Source of the DNA: Nemertoderma westbladi
Taxonomy: Eukaryota > Animalia > Xenacoelomorpha
Reading direction: 5' to 3'
Length of the DNA: 37,702 nucleotides
NCBI GenBank assembly: GCA_032718475.1
Contig: JAUCBJ010006225.1
Location: 1 to 37,702, forward strand
Numbering within the stretch: position 1 is the first letter of the stretch; every line of letters begins with the position of its first letter. Below the pieces are notes generated by a model. The model saw only the letters and a list, made by a program, of their open reading frames with translations. It was not told the DNA's origin and did no database searches. This document shows, piece after piece, positions 24,060 through 34,290 of the stretch. Both the position numbers and the translations under genes were made by a program.

Positions 24060-24999
24060 GTATTGTTGTTGTTGTATTGAATTGGCTAGTCGCCCGCATC
24101 AATGTGGTGATACCATTAATTTATAATTAATTATATTATAATTATAAAGCCCCCCCCCCCCCCCCCCCGGGTGTGTACAAAACACATGTGTTAACTCTCG
24201 TTTATTGTTTTGGTTCCCCCAACAGGCCTCTGTAACCTGTTCCTTTACTAACCTGCTCCTTTAAATGGGAATGGTACGTAACGCTCTTTGCGACCTAATG
24301 CGACTTTACCTCTTTGTTTTGTACAGAGGGTCTTTGTTCCACCCCCCCCCCCCCCCCCCCCCCCCATTTCTCAGAAATTCACCCAACCAAGCTAAAATGT
24401 TTTTACATATTTGGAATCCACGCATGGCCAGCTTTCCATCAATATCAACAAACCATTATAATGGTGAAGAATAAACTTTTTAAACGCTAGTTGCTAAAGA
24501 ATGATATGAGAATGATAATAAAAACTCTGACTCATCCATTCCAATACGTAGTGTTGTTGGGATTTGGAGTTAACACATTCTCAGTTTCAAATTACACGAA
24601 TCTCGATAACACTATCAGGCAGTGATTGGATACCACAGTAGCGGTACTTGGCTGCTTGTGAAGGGGGGTATATGAAAGTACAGTAATAACATAAAAAATG
24701 ACAGTTACATACTTGTAAACTGAAAGTAAGTCCTGTAGCCTACCTTACCTCCTATGTGCAAAATGTGTAAATTTGATAGGTGAAAATATGCAAGAGGTGA
24801 AAAATATGTAACCATAAGCATGGTGTTGTATGTATATAAATGTGGAACATGATGCAATTATCGTCATTCTCGATTTTGTTTGAAAATAGTTTTGCCATTA
24901 TTTGTTATTGTGCTCCTCTGGTAGAATTGTTTTCTATTACTGCGTGAGATACTCAATATATTCTTATAGAATCACCACACGAACCTGTTGTTTGGAAAT

Positions 25000-25300
25000 T
25001 TATAAAGTTTTTTCCAACTCGGAGCGTCCCAGAAACAGCCAGTTGAATATTGTCACTGCTGGCTTCAGCAACGCGCCCCGTATTTGGTGAAAAGAACTCG
25101 GGATATTTTTTATCAGCATGTTGCACAAGCATTGTGGCGCCATATCAATGATGGCCATGTTTGGAACAAATTTCATAGATAGCAACTTAATCAGTGTATT
25201 ATCTCTTGGACTTTCGCATCGCCAATTTATTTGACACAATTGATAATGCCGTATGGCGCCATATACCAGTAGGCCATCTGATTTCCCCCTCAATGTGATA
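25000..25300 (-). pseudogene. KDZ/Zisupton-type (HMGXB3 C-terminal-like) transposase relic
   Basis: Across frameshifts the minus strand reads RGKSDGLL / APYGIINCVK / RCESPRDNTLIKLLSMKFVPNMAIIDMA / ATMLVQHADKKYPEFFSPNTGRVAEA. This resembles the CPHG..K..R.ES.RD..DLL.S...P...V.DMA...A.H motif block of HMGXB3/KDZ transposases as I recall it. Confidence 0.55.
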
Positions 25301-25577
25301 TTTGATTTAACATTATTGAATTAACATTATTTCGAATAGCTTGTATTATATCATGTTTGTTATTAATTAGTTTTAAAAAACTTTTCGCTTGATCCTTTTA
25401 AACACGATTAACATACTCCTTAATTTGAATAAGCAGACAAGTGTGTTTGATTGTTTTCAGTCCAAGTGGTAGTTTAAGTACAGAGATTTCATTCAATAAG
25501 ATATCTTAAAATTAACATTATATACATTATTAGATTATATACATATTGATACACATTGTAAAGGAGTTTGAATACTG

Positions 25578-27540
25578 ATGTGCTACGCTTCGATTTATTC
25601 TTTGGAATCAGTCCCTAACGCATATCCCGATACCAAGATGCCGGACAAACAGGACAATAGAAGAAACTCAACGACTAAGCAAACTATCGATATGTCCAAG
25701 CTCTTCAGCTGTGACACCTGTTCGGCGTTCTTTTTAGAAAAATCACCTTATGAGGATCACCTCGCTGGTTGTAAAAAAGCAATGTCTGCCTGTAACACCT
25801 GCCCGCATTGCTACAAGAAGGTCAATGGTAACAACTGTTTAGGTTGCGAAATTTGCGGCTTGTGGATTCACGCCAGTTGCCTGAAACTATCAGCCGCTGA
25901 TATACAAATCATGGCTAAATGCAAAAATTGCAAAATAATGTGCAATATTTGCGAGGCCAAAGGGAAATTTAATCATAAATGACGTCGCAACGACAAATAA
26001 TCCTGATTTGGAAACTCTGTTCGCAAAGATGCACTCTTCCTTGAAGGAAGAGCTTTCAACTATGAAAGGTGAGCTAGTAAACTTTCAAAATGAAGCCCCT
26101 ATTAGCTCGGGTTCAGGTTGGACCAAGATTACCCGGGGCGCTCGTTCTTATGCGCGGGAGGCGAACATTAGTGACTATCCATGGAGGACGTCAACAGAGA
26201 AGTTATTGAATAACAACGACGGGAGCTTAACTTAGTCATCACCGGATTACCCACTTCCGACACCAACACTCGTTCGGATGATACCGACGCTGTTAACAAC
26301 TTACTGACTACCCATTTTCAACTGGAGGTGGATCGACCGGTGGATATGATTCTTTACAAGTGGCCTGCCAGAAATGGCAAGCCTCCGATTTTTATTGCTA
26401 AACTTTCATCTTCAAAATGTAAGTCATCAATTCTGGATGAAAAAAGTCCTTACGCTATTTATATTTCTCCTGATCTGACACCCTTCCAATCCAAGGAAGC
26501 ATTTGCAAAGCGAGAAAGTCAGCGACAATGCCAATCTACGAGAACGCAATGACCAAACGACTTCTGAAACTAATCTAATAAGAAACTGCCTTGAAGATGT
26601 CCCAGGAAAACGCCTAGGGCAGTAGGGGGGATTCATCAACGCAAAAACGATAACTATTTCTTAGAGTGCTGCTGCTTTAATGCGAATCTTTAGGTAATAA
26701 ACTACCCGACCTAAACGATTTCCTGACAGACTGCAAATTCGATGTTGTTGGTATAACCGAAACGTGGCTGACAAATTCGTTCACCGATGGAATGCTAAAT
26801 TGTGGCGGAAAGTTCAATGTCTACCGCAATGACCGGGTTACTAGAGGAGGTAATGGCGTTGTGGCTGCTCCAGTACAACTAACGGGTCGAGACGGATTTA
26901 AATCGACTGAAATCGTAGCTGTCGATTTAGTAGGCAGTAATCCCTGCCAACTTATATGCGCTTTCCGCCCTCATGAGTATGCCTCTTTTGACTATGATTG
27001 CCAATTAATTCAGGGACTGTCCGAGCTGTGCGACGTGGATTTCCCGGTTTCAGTCTTCGGGGACTTTAATTTGCCTCAATTTGACTGGAAGGATCGTTCA
27101 CATCCCGATAATAACACCTATAATAACTTTGATAATTTTATATTAGATAATGGCCTTGATCAATTACAACTAAAACCAACTCGTCTAAATAATGTGCTTG
27201 ATCTTGTATTTACCACTGAAGACATGTTTATTTTCAGACGTCGATACGAGTGTGTCTTTTTCCAGTTGTGATCACTCTAGCACAGTATATATCTGATCAC
27301 AATGTGCCTGGGCTATTTTAATTTTAAAAAAGGCGATTATGTTGGTTTTGCTGATTTTATTGAAGGACATGATTGGTCCGAAATTTTCATTAACTGTGTA
27401 GTTGTAGACGATTACTGGTCGGCTTTGGCGGGAATTTTGAAATCAGGGATCGATAAATATGTGCCGTATACCACTATCAAAGTTAAAAGTAGGCTGTATC
27501 CTGCCTTCCCCATCATTTGTCCCTCTGTTGGATAATAGCC
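25578..27540 (+). mobile_element. Degenerate CR1-group LINE, 5' half only (ORF1 with PHD finger + ORF2 APE endonuclease)
   Basis: ORF1 pieces include PHD finger CPHC..CLGCEICGLWIHASC..CNIC, NLVITGLP and IYISPDLT. Endonuclease motifs include DVVGITETWL, YRNDR..GG, GDFNLP..DW, PTRLNNVLDLVFT and SCDH, then NFKKGDY. There are many stops and frameshifts, and no RT follows. Confidence 0.85.
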
Positions 27541-28162
27541 ACATATACAGCAACGAAATCAATAGTCTCGCTCGCATAGGAATAGGGCCTCAAAGTGATT
27601 ATAAGCACATCGAAGCACTTTGTCATCAACACGGCCATTAAAAATCTCACTCAATGTGGCGGCAAAAAAATGATAGTGTGGGTGTTTTGAATCTAACATA
27701 GTATTCCCATCAACAGCATTCTTCTTAGAGTATCACACCATCTGCCAAAATACCATGTTTCCAGTGTGAGTGAATATAATGTCATTCATAATGAGATTGA
27801 AAAGTAAAATAAAAATGTCTGATAACAAAGATTACAATGTCGGTGGAGGCACTTCTTATCTACTTTTATGATATTTAACTAGACTTTCCATAACATATAC
27901 TTAATCCTAGTGTCATCGCAATCACATTCATTACTAACAGGTACAATACTTTCGATGGTGAACTTTTCCGGGATCTGTAGAATAATAGAATTTAACTTAC
28001 TTTTATTTGAACTATTATCATGGTGGGCAGCCGTTCACTAGCTTCGCTATTTGGCTGCCCTCCTTTACCTATATACTATATATATTTGGTGTTTGTTATT
28101 ATATAAATGTATATGTCGTGTATATTGGTATTGGTAATGTATGTATACTATATGTATTGTAT

Positions 28163-28433
28163 GGATGTAGGACAATTCGGTCCCGGACAATTCGGTCCTA
28201 TTAATATGCATGTTTTGGGACCGAATTGTCCTATAGTCAGTATCCAGACAATTCGGTCCCGGACAATTCGGTCCCAAAACACAAAATTAATGGGACCGAA
28301 TTGTCCGGGACCGAATTGTCCGGGACCGAATTGTCCGGGACCGAATTGTCCGGGACCGAATTGTCCGGGACCGAATTGTCCGGGACCGAATTGTCCGGGA
28401 CCGAATTATCCGGGACCGAATTGTCCTGCTTCC
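28163..28433. mobile_element. Foldback-like MITE built from 15-bp GGGACCGAATTGTCC units
   Basis: The termini GGATGTAGGACAATTCGGTCCC and GGGACCGAATTGTCCTGCTTCC are inverted. Nine tandem 15-mers lie at 28292-28426, with inverted copies at 28169-28275. Confidence 0.75.
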
Positions 28434-28569
28434 GTGCTAACTGCACTCAAGTGCACTGCAACCACAGTTGGCAGTACATCAGTAGGCCTACCTACCTACT
28501 GTACTGACCTACGCTACAGTTCCTTTCCTACTGACAACAGACTGACAGAGACAGACTGGAATATCGGAT

Positions 28570-29586
28570 ATGGATTTAATTTCGGCTGCATTATCCCAAA
28601 GTGGCGTTGCGGAATTCAATTCCAGCCAATCAGTTCACATTTCTACGTCGCTGCCAAATAATACGAAAGCTATCGATACCGGTACGACAGTTCAGGAAGA
28701 AGTTACTTCAAATACGATTCCAAAATATTATGATTCTCTACCCATATCCAATGGTGGAGCGGAAACTTGTAATGATCAACAAGAAACCAATCCGAACGAG
28801 TCAGAACTAGCTGATATTGGTAATGATGATGGCGACGATATGTTTATGTCGTTTTTTCCTTCGGTAATCGATTCATTGGCTGCACCCATTAGTGGCGGTA
28901 CCGGTAACGGCTTCACGGCTTTGGAACCAGAATGCAGTAAACCAGAGAACATAACCTACATCGCCGGCGATGTAAATAAACCTCCGCCGTCCTCGGAGTC
29001 CGGGTGGCAGGGCAATCCGTCGCCCGTCCGCCCTGCCGTTGTTGTTACCCCTAGCAGCCCGCCGAAACAAACCCCGACTAACGGAGAACCTACAGGGCCC
29101 GTGGTAATGGATCATTGTTACACTCAACGGACTATAGAACCAGGGCAAATCGACGAGGAAACGTTACAGATGTTACAAGCAAAAGGGAATATAATCCGGG
29201 TGAAGTACGGTGTCGGAGTATCAGACGGGATCGCCGAGGACAACATCAGCGACGACGAAGAAGAGGAACTCAGTCACGCCGACACCTACGACGAATACAA
29301 ACCCGCGAAACTTCGGATCGGACAGCCGCACCCCGACGAGGTGGTGGAGACTAGCAGTCTGGTATCCATCGACCCTCCCAACGTCTGGTACGGACTCAAC
29401 ATCCCGGAGGAGGTTATAGACTCGGGGAAGCTGTCTGCGCTCCAGTTGGAAGCCATCGTGTACGCGAGTCAGAAACACGAGTCGTTCCTGTACGACGGTT
29501 CCAGGACTGCGTTCCTTATAGGCGATGGAGCCGGGGTTGGGAAGGGCAGGACTCTCGCCGGGATTATATACGAGAATTATTTGCAG
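28570..29586 (+). CDS. SBNO1: Strawberry notch homolog, coding exon 1
   Basis: [40 protein letters not shown] and [17 protein letters not shown]...[25 protein letters not shown] are hallmark SBNO motifs. The acidic, low-complexity N-terminus makes the start ATG less certain. Confidence 0.9.
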
Positions 29587-30308
29587 GCAGGTTATATTTG
29601 CCGAAACGTTTCGGATGTTAACGTTGCGAATTCTGGTGACTTTTTTTGTAGTCAGCCGTTTAAATGAGGGGGTGGGGTGGGGGGTCTTGATCTGCTGCTG
29701 TCCCGGGCCCCCAGGTAAAATCAGTGTTAATCAATGTTTGTAATATATTGCGACCCAGCCCAGACCATAGAGCCCCAACAAGACATCCCACAAATTTATT
29801 CACCAAAAAATTACCCAAGATGGCGTTATGGAAGTTAAAATCCTGGAGCGGTAAATTGGTCTGGTTAAAGTTGTAAAATATTAGAGGTAAAACAACCCAC
29901 GCCACGCAAACCAATAGGGTTTTAGCAATAGGGCTGCAAAACAACCTATAAAATCCCGGAGACAAAAATACAAACAACCCGCACAACTAGAGTAATGTTA
30001 ATTTTCATATACGTGTTGTTTTTTTTGCCTCTCTGAAAAATAACCAAAAAACTGTTTTTTTTTCATAAAAAAATTATATTCTGATAACCAGACCCTATTT
30101 TAAAATTTATCGTTGTATCTTCCCAGACCTCTGTGCAAGCAAATTACTGAATTAGGAGATGAACGGCGTGCACAGGCACATGGGGCACACTGAGTGAGAG
30201 TCCCATGGCAGTGGGCACGTTATTCAATGGTTGGAGTATAGTTTTAGTTAATGTGTAAACGTTAACATTCCGGGATGAGTTGTTGAGTAAATATCAACCT
30301 GCCTGCAG
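29587..30308 (+). other. SBNO intron 1, probable non-canonical GC-AG intron (722 nt)
   Basis: CAG|GCAGGT ... CCTGCAG|GGT joins YENYLQ to [15 protein letters not shown] in frame. The nearby GT donor (29591) has no frame-compatible acceptor after the in-frame TAA at 30288. Confidence 0.7.
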
Positions 30309-31973
30309 GGTAGAAAACGAGCTCTGTGGTTCAGTGTTTCATCCGATCTTAAAATCGACGCAGAGAGGGATTTGAGCGACATAGGCGCGGGTAAAATCAA
30401 CGTTTATGCGCTAAATAAATTTAAATATGGAAAAATATCTTCAAAGATCAATAACAATGTGAAGAAAGGCGTTATATTCAGCACGTACTCGTCGCTGATT
30501 GGCGAATCGCACTCACGTGTCGAGAACGGGTGTCGGACGCGGTTGAAGCAGATACTGCGGTGGTGCGGGAAGGACTTCGACGGGGTTCTAGTGCTGGACG
30601 AGTGCCACAAAGCCAAGAACCTGTACCCCGGATCCACGGGGGTCCCCTCCAAGACGGGCCAGGCCGTGGTGCTCCTGCAGGAGAAGCTGCCCCGGGCCCG
30701 GGTCGTCTACGCATCGGCCACAGGGGCCTGCGAGCCCCGCAACATGGCCTACATGATCCGACTCGGTCTGTGGGGTCCCGCGACCGCGTTCCCCGCTTTC
30801 GAGGACTTCCTCCGCACCGTGGAACGCCGCGGCGTCGGCGGGATGGAACTCGTCGCGATGGATATGAAGCAACGCGGGTTGTACACGGCGCGGCAACTCA
30901 GTTTCAAGGGGGTTTCATTCCGCGTGGAGGACGTCGACTTGTCGGATCGTTATGTGGGGGTCTACGACCGCGCGGTCGAGTTGTGGATCGTAGCGAGGGA
31001 TCGGTTCGAGGAGGCAGCCCAGTTGCTCGAGCATCCTCTCACTAAGACGATGTGGGCCCAGTTCTGGGCCTCCCATCAGCACTTCTTTAAGTACATGTGT
31101 ATCGGGGCGAAGGTGGCCACGCTCGTACGGATAGCTAAACGTGCGGTGAAGGATGGGAAGGCCGTCGTTATCGGGTTGCAGTCCACCGGGGAGTCCCGCA
31201 CGCTCGAACTGGTCGCCACCGACGCGGAACTAACCGACTTCGTGTCGACCGCGGCCGCGGTCTTCACGAATCTTCTCGAGAAACACTTTCCGTCCCCGAG
31301 TCGCGGTCGTCTCGCCGCCCTTATGGGGTTGGATTACGGCGCGTTCGGGGAGGGTCGAACGCGGGACTCCGGGGAGGATTCCTCGTCGTCGTCAAGCGAG
31401 TTCGGCAGTTCGGTCGGGGAGGAAAGCGACGCCGATGATCCCTGGATACAAACCTCCGTGATAAAGTCCAAGAAAAGGAAGAAGAAACCGATGGAGACGT
31501 CGTCGAGTAAGCGAAGTAAACCGGATAGTTTCCCGTCGTTGTCGGCGGACGTTGTCAGTCGGACGAATCGGATGAAGAAGGAACTCGAAGATCTGCTAGA
31601 CTCGGTTCGCGACGATCTTCCCAACAACACGTTGGATCAACTGATTGACGATCTGGGCGGCCCAGACGAGGTGGCCGAAATGACCGGCCGTAAAGGCCGA
31701 GTCGTGGCCGACAACCGAGGCGAGATAAAGTACGAAACGCGGGCCGATTCCGCCGACGTTTCTCTCGAGATGCTCAACATTCACGAACGCGAGCAGTTTA
31801 TGAGCGGCGCGAAGAATCTCGCGATCATTTCGGAGGCGGCGAGTAGCGGGATATCGTTACACGCGGATCGGAGAGTTCGCAACCACCGACGGAGGGTCCA
31901 TGTAACGTTGGAGTTACCGTGGAGCGCAGACCGAGCCGTTCAGCAGTTCGGTAGAACGCATCGATCCAATCAG
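30309..31973 (+). CDS. SBNO1: Strawberry notch homolog, coding exon 2
   Basis: Reads [35 protein letters not shown] (Walker B-like), [31 protein letters not shown] and [23 protein letters not shown]. Confidence 0.93.
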
Positions 31974-34290
31974 GTTCGTGAATTAGGCTACTTGTTGCAC
32001 ACAACTTCCCATCACAAGTAATCGCCTGCAACATATAACTGTTTTACTATTACAGTACATTACAGGTCACTGACCTATAACATATTACTTGTTTTCATTT
32101 ACAAGTCAATGACCTGGTATATATATTACTTGTTTCCCCCTTCCAGGTCAATGACCTGGTACATCTTGTTTCCCCCTTCCAGGTCAATGATCTGGTACAT
32201 ATTACTTGTTTCCCCCTTACAGGTCAATGACCTGGTACATATTACTTGTTTCCCCTTGCAGGTTAATGATCTGGTACATATTTCTTGTTTCCCCCTTCCA
32301 GGTCAATGACCTGGTACATATTACTTGTTTCCCCCTTACAGGTCAATGACCTGGTACATATTACTTGTTTCCCCTTGCAGGTTAATGATCTGGTACATAT
32401 TTCTTGTTTCCCCCTTCCAGGTCAATGACCTGGTACATATTACTTGTTTCCCCGTTGCAGGTCAATGACCTGGTATATATTTCTTGTTTACCCCTTCCAG
32501 GTCAATGACCTGGTACATATTACTTGTTTCCCCCTTCCAAGTCAATGACATGGTACATATTACTTGTTTCCCCGTTGCAGGTCAATGACCTGGTATATAT
32601 TTATTGTTTCCCCCTTCCAGGTCAATGACCTGGTACATATTACTTGTTTCCCCCTTCCAGGTCAATGACCTGGTACATATTACTTGTTTCCCCTTGCAGG
32701 TCAAGGACCTGGTACATATTTCTTGTTTCCCCGTTGCAGGTCAATGACCTGGTACATATTACTTGTTTCCCCCTTCCAGGTCAATGACCTGGTGCATATT
32801 ACTTGTTTCCCCGTTGCAGGTCAATGACCTGGTACATATTTCTTGTTTCCCCCTTCCAGGTCAATGACCCGGTACATATTACTTGTTTCCCCCTTCCAAG
32901 TCAATGACCTGGTACATATTACTTGTTTCCCCCTTCCAGGTCAATGACCTGGTACATATTACTTGTTTCCCCGTTGCAGGTCAATGACCTGGTATATATT
33001 TCTTGTTTACCCCTTCCAGGTCAATGACCTGGTACATATTACTTGTTTCCCCCTTCCAAATCAATGACATGGTACATATTACTTGTTTCCCCGTTGCAGG
33101 TCAATGACCTGGTATATATTTATTGTTTCCCCCTTCCAGGTCAATGACCTGGTACATATTACTTGTTTCCCCCTTCCAGGTCAATGACCTGGTACATATT
33201 ACTTGTTTCCCCTTGCAGGTCAAGGACCTGGTACATATTTCTTGTTTCCCCGTTGCAGGTCAATGACCTGGTACATATTACTTGTTTCCCCTTGCAGGTC
33301 AAGGACCTGGTACATATTACTTGTTTCCCCTTGCAGGTCAAGGACCTGGTACATATTACTTGTTTCCCCCTTCCAGGTCAATGACCTGGTACATATTATT
33401 TGTTTCCCCTTGCAGGTCAAGGACCTGGTACATATTACTTGTTTCCCCTTGCAGGTCAAGGACCTGGTACATATTACTTGTTTCCCCTTGCAGGTCAAGG
33501 ACCTGGTACATATTACTTGTTTCCCCCTTCCAGGTCAATGACCTGGTACATATTATTTGTTTCCCCTTGCAGGTCAAGGACCTGGTACATATTACTTGTT
33601 TCCCCTTGCAGGTCAATGACCTGGTACATATTACTTGTTTCCCCTTGCAGGTCAATGACCTGGTACATATTACTTGTTTCCCCTTGCAGGTCAATGACCT
33701 GGTACATATTACTTGTTTCCCCCTTCCAGGTCAATGACCTGGTACATATTACTTGTTTCCCCTTCCAGGTCAATGACATGGTACATATTACTTGTTTCCC
33801 CGTTGCAGGTCAATGACATGGTACATATTACTTGTTTCCCCTTGCAGGTCAATGACCTGGTACATATTACTTGTTTCCCCTTGCAGGTCAATGACCTGGT
33901 ACATATTACTTGTTTCCCCCTTCCAGGTCACTGACCTGGTACATATTACTTGTTTCCCCTTCCAGGTCAATGACCTGGTACATAATACTTGTTTCCCCTT
34001 GCAGGTTCATGACCTGGTACATATTACTTGTGTCCCCCTTCCAGGTCAATGACCTGGTACATATTACTTGTTTCCCCTTCCAGGTCAATGACCTGGTACA
34101 TATTACTTGTTTCCCCTTGCAGGTCAATGACCTGGTACATATTACTTGTTTCCCCATACATGTCAATGACCTTTCCTACATAGTAATTTATCTTTACAAT
34201 ATATTCAGCGTCACTCCGGTCTATGAGCCTGTGAGTAGACCTATCACTTATCCACTGAAAAGTGAATAACATTATTCTTATTATTCCCAG
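31974..34290 (+). other. SBNO intron 2 (2317 nt, GT-AG, phase 0)
   Basis: CAG|GTTCGT donor and TTATTCCCAG|GTT acceptor join HRSNQ to VSAPEYIFLVS, the expected SBNO sequence. Confidence 0.88.
32062..34172. repeat. 39/40-bp minisatellite, ~53 units, in SBNO intron 2
   Basis: Consensus GTCAATGACCTGGTACATATTACTTGTTTCCCCCTTCCAG, with CCCCTTGCAG (39 bp) and CCCCGTTGCAG (40 bp) variants. Each unit junction forms (C)CAGGTCA-A-TGACCTG(G). Confidence 0.98.

Noticed and set aside
28107-28661. ORFs with PGPNC / GTELS / DNSVP repeats
   Set aside because: Translations of the 15-bp foldback repeat, open in several frames on both strands; no evidence of a real protein.
32062-34172. CRISPR array or coding ORFs in the 39/40-bp repeat
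   Set aside because: Units are contiguous with no unique spacers, there are no cas genes and the context is eukaryotic. The many short ORFs are by-products of the repeat.
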